Origin: Alphaproteobacteria bacterium
GTDB lineage: Bacteria; Pseudomonadota; Alphaproteobacteria; RF32; CAG-239
NCBI GenBank assembly: GCA_045597005.1
Contig: JAZODJ010000025.1
Location: 6,391 to 70,390, forward strand
Length of the DNA: 64,000 bases
Direction: 5' to 3'
The position numbers and the translations under genes are program-made. Under the pieces are notes generated by a model that was not told the DNA's origin, searched no databases, and worked only from the letters and a program-made list of their open reading frames with translations. This document shows, piece after piece, positions 47,222 to 57,127 of this stretch. Numbering within the stretch: position 1 is the stretch's first letter; each line of letters begins with the position of its first letter.

Positions 47222-47749
47222 ATGACGGAAGATAAAGTTTGTTTGGGTGCAATAGTCGGAGTTCACGGCATCAAAGGCGAAGTTAAGGTTAAAAGCTTTT
47301 CGGATGACGAAAAAAATCTTGCTCGTTATGGTGTCTTGACAAACGAAGCCGGCGATCAAAACTTTAGTCTTAAAATAGTCGGACATTCAAAAGAACTTTT
47401 ACGGGTAAAGATAAAAGGTATTGATGACCGTAATACGGCCGAAACACTAATCGGTACCGGATTGTACGTTAAAAGGGATTTGTTGCCTGATTTGGCTGAT
47501 GACGAATTTTATCACACAGATTTAATAGGTCTTAAAGCCAAAAATAATCAGGATGAAATTGTCGGAGAAGTCAATGCAATTTACAATTTTGGCGCCGGAG
47601 ATTTAATAGAGATTAAATTATCTGACGGCAAATTGGAAATGTTGCCTTTTACATCACAATTTGTTCCGACCATAAATATTAAAGAACGTTTTATTATTGT
47701 TGAGATGATGCAATTTGTCGATGACGAGGAAGAAGGAAATGAAGGTTAA
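47222..47749 (+). CDS. rimM: 16S rRNA processing protein RimM
   Basis: Motifs GAIVGVHGIKGEVKVKSF and EFYHTDLIGL are present, plus a PRC barrel. Confidence 0.9.
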   Translation: MTEDKVCLGAIVGVHGIKGEVKVKSFSDDEKNLARYGVLTNEAGDQNFSLKIVGHSKELLRVKIKGIDDRNTAETLIGTGLYVKRDLLPDLADDEFYHTDLIGLKAKNNQDEIVGEVNAIYNFGAGDLIEIKLSDGKLEMLPFTSQFVPTINIKERFIIVEMMQFVDDEEEGNEG

Positions 47750-48428
47750 AATTTTAACCATATTTCCTGAATTGTTTCCGGGTTTTTTGGGAACATCTCT
47801 TACCGGTAAAGCTCTTGATGAAGGGAAATGGTCAATTGAAACCGTAAATATTCGTGATTATGCGTTTGATAAACATGGTTCGGTTGATGATACTCCATCC
47901 GGAGGCGGAGCCGGAATGGTAATGCGACCAGATGTATTGGGCGCAGCTCTTAAGGCAAACTACAACAACGGCAAATTACTAAATATGTCACCGCGAGGAA
48001 AGCCTCTGACACAAGAAATGGCTCATAAATTATCCGAAGAACAAGAACTTACCATAATTTGTTCAAGATTTGAAGGAATTGATGAGCGTGTTTTGGAGGC
48101 ATATGGGGCTGAGGATATATCAATAGGTGATTATGTTTTAACCGGAGGCGAGCAAGCAGCAATGATTATGCTTGATGCAATTATCAGATTGTTGCCGGGA
48201 GTTCTGGGAAATTCTGAATCTGCTATTGCCGAAAGTTTTGAAACAGGTCTTTTGGAACATCCTCAATATACTCGACCTACCGAATGGGAAGGACGAAGTA
48301 TTCCTGAAATTTTACTTTCGGGACATCACAGAAAAATAGCCGATTGGCGTCATCTCCAATCAGAAGAAATAACTAAACAACGCAGGCCGGACCTGTGGCA
48401 AAAATATCTTGCATCTAAAAAAGTTTAG
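47739..48428 (+). CDS. trmD: tRNA (guanine37-N1)-methyltransferase TrmD
   Basis: Motifs MKVKILTIFPELF, SPRGK, CSRFEGIDERV and GDYVLTGGE are present. The track ORF starts 24 nt upstream at a TTG. Confidence 0.92.
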   Translation: MKVKILTIFPELFPGFLGTSLTGKALDEGKWSIETVNIRDYAFDKHGSVDDTPSGGGAGMVMRPDVLGAALKANYNNGKLLNMSPRGKPLTQEMAHKLSEEQELTIICSRFEGIDERVLEAYGAEDISIGDYVLTGGEQAAMIMLDAIIRLLPGVLGNSESAIAESFETGLLEHPQYTRPTEWEGRSIPEILLSGHHRKIADWRHLQSEEITKQRRPDLWQKYLASKKV

Positions 48429-48470
48429 GTGTAAAAACTAACCAACACATAATGGAAAAAGGGTAAAACT

Positions 48471-48866
48471 ATGAACATTATCGAAAATATTGAAAAAGAG
48501 CAGATGGAAAAATTGCTTGAAGGCAAAAATATTCCTGATTTCAAAGCTGGTGATACATTAAGAGTTCATACCAAAGTAAAAGAAGGTGACAGAGAACGTA
48601 TCCAAGTTTATGAAGGTGTTTGTATCGCTCGTAAAAATGATGGTTTGAATTCTTCTTTCACAGTTCGCAAGATTTCTTTCGGCGAAGGTGTAGAAAGAGT
48701 ATTCCCATTGTACTCACCAAATGTTGCAAAAATCGAAGTTGCTCGTATCGGTAAAGTACGTCGTGCTAAATTGTACTTCTTGCGCGCTTTGCGTGGCCGT
48801 TCAGCTCGTATTGCCGACGATTTGTCTGCAGCAGCTAAAGCTCGTGAAGAAGCAAAAAGCGAATAA
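48471..48866 (+). CDS. rplS: 50S ribosomal protein L19
   Basis: Motifs [24 protein letters not shown] and [10 protein letters not shown] are present. Confidence 0.95.
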   Translation: MNIIENIEKEQMEKLLEGKNIPDFKAGDTLRVHTKVKEGDRERIQVYEGVCIARKNDGLNSSFTVRKISFGEGVERVFPLYSPNVAKIEVARIGKVRRAKLYFLRALRGRSARIADDLSAAAKAREEAKSE

Positions 48867-48891
48867 TTTACAAAGCTTTTCTAGTTTACAA

Positions 48892-48920
48892 AAATCCCTG
48901 ACAAGCGTCGGGGATTTTTG
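48892..48920 (+). terminator. rho-independent terminator of the ffh-rplS block
   Basis: Hairpin aatccctga-caagcg-tcggggatt is followed by ttt. Confidence 0.75.
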
Positions 48921-48973
48921 GTATTTAAAAAATCATATTTTTATGCTAATATGAAGTACAACGGAGCAATAAT

Positions 48974-49651
48974 ATGAATACAGATGCCAAATATGATAAA
49001 TTAGAAAATCTCCCATCTTTAAGAAAAGGGTGGGTGCGTTTAGTACATCGTTGCATATATAAGGATCATGTTAACAGTATAAAAGAAAATGGTCTTATTT
49101 TTAATAGAAATGCTGCAAAATTAACCCCTTTACAAAGAGGTAGTTCATATCCTGATATAACTCATATGGCATCAGTATATGATGAAACATCATTTTGGCA
49201 AAGTATGCATAAAGATGATTTTTGTTGTTATGATAATGCCAGATATGCTGATACAAAAATAGTTTTTGATATGCCTTTGGATGAATTTTGTTTTCTTCAA
49301 GTTGTAGGTCGTTTTATACATGGCAAAGTTGACAGTAAATATATTGTTGGTTGTATTCCGAATATCAATGGAGCGAATAAACATTTGCAAATGTCTGATG
49401 AAGAAATAAACAAAGCCGAACAAAAATCTCGCACCAATCCGCCATCATCTGCACAACCAAACAATATTGATGTAATGATTGCCAAATTTTTAGCAACACG
49501 AAATGTAAATAGACGAGAAGCAATAAGAAAATCATTGGATGGACGTATGAAACAAGAGGCAGAAGATTTAGAATTTGATATAAAACAATCCCAAAACGAA
49601 AAGAAAGATACAAAGCTACCGATTATACCAAAAAAAATACATACACACTAA
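48974..49651 (+). CDS. hypothetical protein (very AT-rich orphan)
   Basis: Intact 225-aa ORF with no signal peptide or recognised motif, and a K/E-rich tail. Confidence 0.5.
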   Translation: MNTDAKYDKLENLPSLRKGWVRLVHRCIYKDHVNSIKENGLIFNRNAAKLTPLQRGSSYPDITHMASVYDETSFWQSMHKDDFCCYDNARYADTKIVFDMPLDEFCFLQVVGRFIHGKVDSKYIVGCIPNINGANKHLQMSDEEINKAEQKSRTNPPSSAQPNNIDVMIAKFLATRNVNRREAIRKSLDGRMKQEAEDLEFDIKQSQNEKKDTKLPIIPKKIHTH

Positions 49652-49736
49652 CAATATAAAATCGTAATTTGAGTTTGGCATCTTAGCTTAAACTAATAAT
49701 CCTCGAATAACTTCAAGGATTATTAGGATCAAGAAA

Positions 49737-49760
49737 ACTCCTGTTTGATTAAACAGGAGT
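49737..49760 (-). terminator. rho-independent terminator of hisS
   Basis: Hairpin actcctgttt-gatt-aaacaggagt lies 6 nt after the hisS stop. The T tract is on the minus strand. Confidence 0.65.
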
Positions 49761-49766
49761 AAAGGA

Positions 49767-51068
49767 TTAGTTCAATTTTTCAATTAAATTATCAATAGAT
49801 AATTTCAACTGTTCTCCTGTGGCCATATCTTTTAATGTATATTCTTGATTTGCCACCTCGTCTTCGCCGATAATAATCAGATATGGAACTCCGATTTTGT
49901 TTGCATATTCCATTTTCTTTTTGAATTTGCATTGACGATACATAACATCGACGGCGATATTCGCATTACGTAGTTCACCCGCCAATTTAACAGCTTCTGA
50001 AACATATTCCTCACCTTGAGTGATAATCAAAGCTTTATTCGGGGTAAGAGCCTTAATCGGGAGCAAGTTATTTGCTCTAAGTTGATCAAACAACCTGGTT
50101 AAACCGATAGAAATACCGACACCCGGGAATTTTTTATCCATAAATACAGATGACAAGTTGTCATATCTGCCACCGGAACAAACCGAACCGAACTGCGGAT
50201 ATTCATCAAAAAATGTTTCATAAACAGTACCGGTATAATAGTCAAGACCGCGAGTAATACTCAAATCTATTTGAATATTTTTTTCCGGCATACCCAAATT
50301 TTTAGCTTGAGCAATAACTGTTTTAAGCTCATCAAGACCGATTACAAAATTTTCTGTTTCAACTTTTAAATCTTCAAGTTTTGCAACAATCTCATTGTTT
50401 AATCCGTTGATTTTGATGAATTTTAGTAGTTGACTGTTTTTTTCTTCCGGTAGACCTAAATCTTTCAGTTCTGCTAAAAACGCTTCCTCCGGAATTTTCT
50501 TAATCTTATCAACCAACCTCAAAACATCAACGGTCTTATCCGCAATACCTAAATATTCCAAATATCCGCTCAATAGTTTACGATTATTAATATAAATTTT
50601 GAAAGATGGTAATTCAAGTTTGCTGAATATTGTATAAATAACCGCCAAAACCTCGGCATCATAAACAATATTCAGTTCATCACGATCAATAATATCAATA
50701 TCACATTGATAAAATTCTCTAAAACGTCCTTTTTGCGGACGTTCACCTCGATAAACTTTTCCTATTTGATAACGCTTAAAAGGGAATGTTAAATCGTTAT
50801 TATAAAGAGCAACATATTTAGCTAAAGGGACAGTCAAATCAAAACGCATTGCAAGATTTGTATCACCTTTTTTGAACTCATAAATTTGTTTTTCTGTTTC
50901 GCCGCCGGATTTTGACAACAAAACTTCTGCCAGTTCCAAAACCGGCGTGTCCAACGGAGCAAATCCGAACATCTCATAAGTATGGGCAATGACTGATTTC
51001 ATATGGTTGAAAACAATTTGCTCCTGAGGCAAAAGTTCCATAAATCCTTGTAATGTTCTTACAGTCAT
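49767..51068 (-). CDS. hisS: histidine--tRNA ligase
   Basis: It has class II motif 2 YRGERPQKGRFREFYQCD, RGLDYYTG, motif 3 SGGRYDNL...GISIGLTR, and an anticodon-binding domain. The ATG at 51068 has GGAGA upstream. Confidence 0.9.
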   Translation of the reverse strand: MTVRTLQGFMELLPQEQIVFNHMKSVIAHTYEMFGFAPLDTPVLELAEVLLSKSGGETEKQIYEFKKGDTNLAMRFDLTVPLAKYVALYNNDLTFPFKRYQIGKVYRGERPQKGRFREFYQCDIDIIDRDELNIVYDAEVLAVIYTIFSKLELPSFKIYINNRKLLSGYLEYLGIADKTVDVLRLVDKIKKIPEEAFLAELKDLGLPEEKNSQLLKFIKINGLNNEIVAKLEDLKVETENFVIGLDELKTVIAQAKNLGMPEKNIQIDLSITRGLDYYTGTVYETFFDEYPQFGSVCSGGRYDNLSSVFMDKKFPGVGISIGLTRLFDQLRANNLLPIKALTPNKALIITQGEEYVSEAVKLAGELRNANIAVDVMYRQCKFKKKMEYANKIGVPYLIIIGEDEVANQEYTLKDMATGEQLKLSIDNLIEKLN

Positions 51069-51257
51069 TGTTATATCTCCGTTAAATGTTAAATTACAAT
51101 CCAAGAGTAAACGCTATTTTGAGGTTAATGTCAAGAAACTTGTGATATTATATTACATATTGTAATAAAAAATATCCCAAAAATTACTGATGTAATCTTC
51201 GGGATATTTTTTATTATCTAACTTCTTAGATGCACTTTACAAATAATTTCCTTTTTA

Positions 51258-52526
51258 TCACATCATCAATACTTCTGCAATTTTATCACAAGTATCGGAC
51301 GAGAGTAAAGCAAGGTTATTTAATTTGTTATTCCAGATAAAACCACTGAATTTACGAGCGCGAGCATAAGAGAGAGCTTCTTCTTCATCGTTGAAATCAC
51401 AACACAAATCACAACTTATACCTTGTGTGCGTAGACTGTTGATACGAGAAAATAATTCTTTTGTTACTTCATTTTTATTGCAACAAAGAATAATTTTGGG
51501 GGACGATTGCTTAGGAAACATATCTGCATCTTTCATTGCAACACAAATACGATCCAAACCAAAAGCCATGCCAACACATCCAATATCATCGCCACCGAAA
51601 TTTTTAACCAAATTATCATAGCGACCACCACCAAGTACTGCTCCTACACCAGAGTTAGGTATAACACCTTCGAGGATAAAACCGGTATAATAGTCAGCTC
51701 CGCGAGCTAATGTCAAATCTAACACACAATGATGTATCACATCACGAGGTAAATAACTGATAATTTCTTTCAATTCCAATAAGCCATGAGCGACAGATGG
51801 ATTATTATTGGTACGTTTCAACAACTCTTCAGGAGCATCAACACTAAAATCATCAAATACCAAAGTGTTAATTTTCTTTATTTCATCATAAGTGAAACCT
51901 CGAGAAGATAGCTTTTGCTCAAAATCAGCAACTGAAGCTTGTGATTTACCAAACTTATCAGCACAATCAAGAGCGCGTTGAATACGTAAAATACCATCCT
52001 TATCATTATATCCCAACTCTTCAGCGATACCTTTAATAATATCGCGATGATTAATGCGAATAATGAATTTTGTAAAACCAACAGCACGCAATCCAGCTAC
52101 AGCAAGATTAATTACGTCAGCATCTGAAGTGAGTAATGTTGAACCAATAATGTCTCCATCACACTGCATAAATTCACGAAAATGCCCCTTATCCACAGCA
52201 TCATCGCGATATGCCATCTGCATTTGATAACGCTTGATTGGGCGCGGTAACTCAGGATGTTCTGCAGCAAAACGTGCAAAAGGAACAGTCATATCATAAC
52301 GAAGAACTAAGTCGTTACCTTGAGCATCCTTAAAACGGAACAGAAGTTTTTCACCTTCGCCATGATGTCCAGTAAAAGACTCAGCAAATTCTATTGCAGG
52401 TGTTTGTAAAGGATCATAACCAAAGGATAAATAAACATTTTTCAAACTTTGTTCAACAAAGTTACGATTTTCAAACTCGGTGCCGAAAATGTCCAGCGTT
52501 CCGGGAGGAATAGAAATCTTTTTCAT
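51258..52526 (-). CDS. divergent HisRS-like paralog (histidyl-tRNA synthetase family; function unclear, not a typical short HisZ)
   Basis: ARGADYYTG, GGGRYDNL...GMAFGLDR and a C-terminal anticodon-binding-like domain are retained. Motif 2 is altered to AYRDDAVDKGHFREFMQCD. Confidence 0.7.
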   Translation of the reverse strand: MKKISIPPGTLDIFGTEFENRNFVEQSLKNVYLSFGYDPLQTPAIEFAESFTGHHGEGEKLLFRFKDAQGNDLVLRYDMTVPFARFAAEHPELPRPIKRYQMQMAYRDDAVDKGHFREFMQCDGDIIGSTLLTSDADVINLAVAGLRAVGFTKFIIRINHRDIIKGIAEELGYNDKDGILRIQRALDCADKFGKSQASVADFEQKLSSRGFTYDEIKKINTLVFDDFSVDAPEELLKRTNNNPSVAHGLLELKEIISYLPRDVIHHCVLDLTLARGADYYTGFILEGVIPNSGVGAVLGGGRYDNLVKNFGGDDIGCVGMAFGLDRICVAMKDADMFPKQSSPKIILCCNKNEVTKELFSRINSLRTQGISCDLCCDFNDEEEALSYARARKFSGFIWNNKLNNLALLSSDTCDKIAEVLMM

Positions 52527-52652
52527 AACAAGTTAGTATTTAAATTAATAATTTATGAATTGTAATTAAAATAACGGTATGATATGTATTCGGTAAAAAA
52601 AGTCAAGAAAATAGTTTACATTTATTATTTTTATTGATATTGGGTAAATACC

Positions 52653-53573
52653 ATGACAGAAAAGTATATACAAAAATATATTAAGGTAGATGAAATCCAT
52701 GTAGTCGCATATCGTGAGTATGGAAACGTAAAAGGTATTCCTATACTTATGTTACATGGAGGACCTGGTGGGTGTATAAATACTCAAATAATTAAACTTA
52801 TTGATTTGAATTATTTTCATTTATTTACAATAGATCAACGTGGTTGCGGTTTGAGTACACCGAAAGGAGAATTGCGAGGCAATACCACAGATCATTTAGT
52901 TGATGATATTGAAAAAATTCGCCAAGTAGAAGGATTGGGTAAATGTATAGTTTTTGGGAGGTCTTGGGGAACGGTATTGGGGTTAAAGTATGCATTAAAA
53001 TATCCTCAATATTGTAAGTTTTTATTTTTGCGTAGTATTTTCTTAGGACGCAATACGGATGAATTATGGACTTTTGAACAATCAAAAATAAGATACCCAG
53101 ATCAATGGGCTGAATTTAGTAATGGATTTTCATCTAAAAAGCCTCTCAATGAGCAATTTTATGAAAAAATTTTCTCAAAAGATATTTCAACAGCTCTATT
53201 ATATAGTTCTCGTATGACACATTATTTTGATATTTTAGCAAATAATAATCCACAAGCTCCAATTTTTCCTGAAACAGATAGTAATCTTATAGCTAATCGT
53301 ATATTCCTTCATTATAGTGTACAACATTACTTTTTGGATGATTTATATTGGGAACAACATTTGAGTGAACTTGATTCCAATGATATTAAGGGAGTAATTA
53401 TTCATGGTGCTCAAGATAGTGATTGTTTAGTTGATCAAGCCTATTATTTGCATAAGAAATGGAAAAATTCTACATTAATTATTGAGCCTAAAGCCACGCA
53501 TAGTGATTATCAACCGGAAATTCAAAAACAAATAAAAAATATTTTTGATTTATTGAAAACTAAATTTAAATAG
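52653..53573 (+). CDS. pip: prolyl aminopeptidase (proline iminopeptidase, S33)
   Basis: Motifs HGGPGG, DQRGCGLS and the nucleophile elbow GRSWGT are present. Confidence 0.85.
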   Translation: MTEKYIQKYIKVDEIHVVAYREYGNVKGIPILMLHGGPGGCINTQIIKLIDLNYFHLFTIDQRGCGLSTPKGELRGNTTDHLVDDIEKIRQVEGLGKCIVFGRSWGTVLGLKYALKYPQYCKFLFLRSIFLGRNTDELWTFEQSKIRYPDQWAEFSNGFSSKKPLNEQFYEKIFSKDISTALLYSSRMTHYFDILANNNPQAPIFPETDSNLIANRIFLHYSVQHYFLDDLYWEQHLSELDSNDIKGVIIHGAQDSDCLVDQAYYLHKKWKNSTLIIEPKATHSDYQPEIQKQIKNIFDLLKTKFK

Positions 53574-53708
53574 TATAGTGGCTTCATCAGTTGATAGCTA
53601 TTTTCTAGTTTATATCAATAAATTTGTGATATACGTTAAAGTTTTTATTGTGTTAGGTTTCAAATAGATGTTATCATTTTGCCAAGTGAGATTTTAAGGT
53701 TTTGTAAA

Positions 53709-54710
53709 ATGAATAAAATTGCAATTATCGGTTATAATAACCAACTGTCAAAAAACATCTTAGAACTATTATCATTGCGTGGTTATGGCAAAAATAACAT
53801 ATCTGTTTTTGAAACAAAAGTGCAGGGAGAGCCGAAAGTTTCGTTCGGAGAAGAAGAGTTGATTGTAAAATCACTTGAAAATGCAGATGTTTCAGGTTTT
53901 GATGCGGTTATCTTTGTCGGAAATAATCAAGCGCCGTCATTATATGCCAAAAAATTTGCATCTCAGGGAATAAAAGTTATTAATGCCACAACGGCATTAG
54001 AAGGAGAAGAAAATATACCTTTAGTTGTCGGAGGTGTTAATGATAATGTTTTTGATAAGGCTCAAAACATTATAAACATTCCTCAACCGTCGATAGTTCA
54101 ATTGCTTGGAGCAATCGCCGGATTATGTGGCAAATATTCCTTAAAAAACATTCGCTTAACATCATTTGTTGCTGCCGATTTTGAAGGACAAGAGGGTATG
54201 AGCGAGCTTTATAATCGCACAAGACGTATTTTGATGAATGATGTTTCTTCTAATGAAAGCGGATTATTTCACAAAACATTGGCTTTTAATGTTATCCCGC
54301 AAGTAGGTTCTTTTATTGGTGAAGAAACGTACAATGAATGGTTATATAATTCTCAAATTAAACAGGTCTTATCATCGGATATAAGAGTACATGCTAACTG
54401 TACTTTTGTACCATCGTTTGTCGGAACAGGACAATTTGTAAATATCGAAACAAATGAGGACATAGATGCAGACGAGGCTCGTGAAGATATAAAAAAAGCT
54501 AAAGGAGTTTTGGTATTAGACAGACAAGAAGACGGAGGATATGCAACATTAACGGATGTCCAAGGAGAAAGCTCTGTTTTTGTTAGCAGAATAAGACAGG
54601 ATATGACTGTTGAAAACGGCATAAGTCTTTGGATTGCCGGAGATACGTACAAGATTGCGGCGCAAAATATTTTGGCTGTATTAAAACAGTTTTTGAAAAA
54701 GGATAAATAA
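53709..54710 (+). CDS. aspartate-semialdehyde dehydrogenase homolog lacking canonical catalytic and cofactor motifs (probable pseudoenzyme)
   Basis: It is collinear with Bacillus-type Asd (FNVIPQ, VFVSRIRQD, LWIAGD). However NPNCSTIQ is IPQPSIVQ, R..GHS is F..GTG and GATGAVG is GYNNQLS. Confidence 0.65.
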   Translation: MNKIAIIGYNNQLSKNILELLSLRGYGKNNISVFETKVQGEPKVSFGEEELIVKSLENADVSGFDAVIFVGNNQAPSLYAKKFASQGIKVINATTALEGEENIPLVVGGVNDNVFDKAQNIINIPQPSIVQLLGAIAGLCGKYSLKNIRLTSFVAADFEGQEGMSELYNRTRRILMNDVSSNESGLFHKTLAFNVIPQVGSFIGEETYNEWLYNSQIKQVLSSDIRVHANCTFVPSFVGTGQFVNIETNEDIDADEAREDIKKAKGVLVLDRQEDGGYATLTDVQGESSVFVSRIRQDMTVENGISLWIAGDTYKIAAQNILAVLKQFLKKDK

Positions 54711-54712
54711 CG

Positions 54713-57127
54713 ATGAAAAAGTTTTTTGCGATTTTATCATTGCTTCTAATTTGCGGTAATGTATTTGCTCAAACCAATACCAAAATTGACAACCTGGGAG
54801 AAGGATTAAGTTATAGCAAAATATCATCTCGTTTGATTGATATCGAGAAACTGACCAAAAAAGAAAATCCCAATGTTGAGGCTATGACATCTGAGCTTCC
54901 GTATCTTAATGATATGGCAATTAAAATTAATATTGTAAGAAACAATGTAAGTGATGAAATAAAATTAATCGAAAAAAGGATAGAAGCTCTTGGTGAAGTT
55001 GATGAAAATTTGCCCGAAGCTAAGATAATAGCACAAAAACGCCAAGAATTTAATCGAGAACTTTCCAATGAAAAAGCTCGTTTATCTGAAATAGATATTT
55101 TGTCGGCAAAAATAGATGAGCTTAATTTGCGTATTTTTGACATTCGTAATCAATTACTCTGGGGTAATTTGCTTAAAGCCGAAACAGCCCTGATAAATCC
55201 GGCAACCTTTTTCAGTGCTAACAATGAACTTTTTAATTTAGCACTGGATATCATAAAATCACCTTTTGGTTGGTATAATGATTTAAATTCCGAACAACAA
55301 AACATTGTAAAAGAAAATATTGTTTTTGTTATTTTTATTGTCGGAATCATAACTTTGTTAGGCTACCTGTTGCGCCGTTTTATTATTCGCAAATGGGGAT
55401 ATCGTATTGATATTGAAACACCGCGACTAGGACGCAAAATTATTGCAGCTTTTACAGTATGGTGTGCTTACGGCATTATTCCCACGGCTATAATAGGATT
55501 TTGTTTATATTGGGTTCTTGCTTCCAAAATGATAAGCGGTAGCTTTTTAGGGATTATTTTTCCAAGTTTACTTTATTATTTGTTGTACATAATAATCGGT
55601 CGAGCAAGTTGTAGAGTTGTATTTACTCCGTATAATGAAAAATGGCGTTTGCTTCATATGTCAACGGACAAAGCTAAACGTATGACCGGAGCGATATATT
55701 TTACCATAGCTATGTTTGGTATTTTCGGATGCTTGCAACACATAGTTTCGGTAGGTAATTATTCTTTAGAATTGTTATCATATTTATTGGCTGTATCATC
55801 ATCAATTAAGGCTTTTTGTGTTGTTTGGATAAGTCATGTGTATTTTGCACCGGAACAACCCATAACAGATGAAGATAACGAAACTCAAATCGATGAAGAA
55901 GAGGGCAATGCCTTTAAAATAGGTATGTTTGTAAGCCTTTTTACGGCAACAATCATTCTGATGTCGTTATTCGGATACGCAAGATTGGCTTCTTTTATTG
56001 TAAACAGATTTGTTTTATCGATTATAGTGGTTGTATGTTTTAGCATCCTTCGTCGTTTATTTTATGATGTGGTAAAACATTTTTTACTGATGGGGTTATG
56101 GGTAAAAACATTCCGTATACGCCGTATATTTTTACGAAAAATTGATTTTTGGTTCGGAATTATAGCAGAGCCTCTATTAAGTTTGCTTCTTGTTGGGGCA
56201 TTGCTTTTGTTGTGGGGTGTTCCTTTTGATATTTTACAATCATTTGTCTACAAAGCTTTCTCCGGTTTTATGATTGGCGGAATCAAAATATCATTGTTGT
56301 CAATAGTTATCGGTATAATAGCATTTGTTATCTGTTTATGGCTGATAAAAATCGTACGAGACAGAATAGAGTTTAAGCTTTTGGAAAAAACCTCCCTTGA
56401 TGCCGGAACCAAACATTCTCTGGCTTCAGGTTTTGCATATATCGGATATGTTTTAGCGGTCCTTTTGGCAATAGCTATTATGGGTGGAGATTTAACCAAC
56501 ATAGCATTAATTGCCGGTGCATTATCTGTCGGTATCGGTCTTGGACTTCAAGATGTTGTCAACAATTTTGTATCAGGTATAATAATGCTGATTGAAAGAC
56601 CGATAAAAGTTGGAGATTGGGTTGTCATTGGTAATGAAGAAGGTGAAGTTAAGCAAATCAACATTCGTTCTACCGAAGTACAGACGTTTAATCGCGCCAG
56701 CGTAATTATTCCTAACTCTCAAGTATTATCAAATTCGGTTATAAATCGAACTCACGAAAACAACTGGGCGCGATATGCCGTAAAAGTTGGAGTTGCATAT
56801 GGTAGTGATGTTGAAAGAGTTAGAGAATTGCTACTGGAAAGCGCTACATCTCATCCTAAAGTTGCTAAAAAACCGGCGCCATACGTATTGTTTCAAGACT
56901 TTGGTGAAAGCAGTCTTGATTTTGAATTGCGTTTTTATGTTTCAGACATAAATGTCGGTTGGACAGCACCAAGCGATGTCCGTTTTATTATTAATAAAAA
57001 ATTCAGAGAAGAGGGTATAGAAATTCCGTTCAAACAGATGGTTATTCACCAAGGTTCACAGATTGCCGATAGAACCGAAACCCAGTTCTACGCCAGAAAA
57101 AAGGGGATAAAGAAAAATGCTGATTAA
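54713..57127 (+). CDS. MscK/KefA-like mechanosensitive channel (MscS family with long periplasmic coiled-coil N-terminus)
   Basis: It has a signal peptide, a coiled-coil region, ~11 TM segments and the MscS core ...GLQDVVNNFVSGIIMLIERPIKVGDWV... Confidence 0.85.
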   Translation: MKKFFAILSLLLICGNVFAQTNTKIDNLGEGLSYSKISSRLIDIEKLTKKENPNVEAMTSELPYLNDMAIKINIVRNNVSDEIKLIEKRIEALGEVDENLPEAKIIAQKRQEFNRELSNEKARLSEIDILSAKIDELNLRIFDIRNQLLWGNLLKAETALINPATFFSANNELFNLALDIIKSPFGWYNDLNSEQQNIVKENIVFVIFIVGIITLLGYLLRRFIIRKWGYRIDIETPRLGRKIIAAFTVWCAYGIIPTAIIGFCLYWVLASKMISGSFLGIIFPSLLYYLLYIIIGRASCRVVFTPYNEKWRLLHMSTDKAKRMTGAIYFTIAMFGIFGCLQHIVSVGNYSLELLSYLLAVSSSIKAFCVVWISHVYFAPEQPITDEDNETQIDEEEGNAFKIGMFVSLFTATIILMSLFGYARLASFIVNRFVLSIIVVVCFSILRRLFYDVVKHFLLMGLWVKTFRIRRIFLRKIDFWFGIIAEPLLSLLLVGALLLLWGVPFDILQSFVYKAFSGFMIGGIKISLLSIVIGIIAFVICLWLIKIVRDRIEFKLLEKTSLDAGTKHSLASGFAYIGYVLAVLLAIAIMGGDLTNIALIAGALSVGIGLGLQDVVNNFVSGIIMLIERPIKVGDWVVIGNEEGEVKQINIRSTEVQTFNRASVIIPNSQVLSNSVINRTHENNWARYAVKVGVAYGSDVERVRELLLESATSHPKVAKKPAPYVLFQDFGESSLDFELRFYVSDINVGWTAPSDVRFIINKKFREEGIEIPFKQMVIHQGSQIADRTETQFYARKKGIKKNAD

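Noticed and set aside
49695-49725. Hairpin taataatcct/aggattatta as a terminator of the 225-aa orphan gene.
   Set aside because: The stem is AT-rich and no U tract follows on either strand, so I did not annotate it as a terminator.
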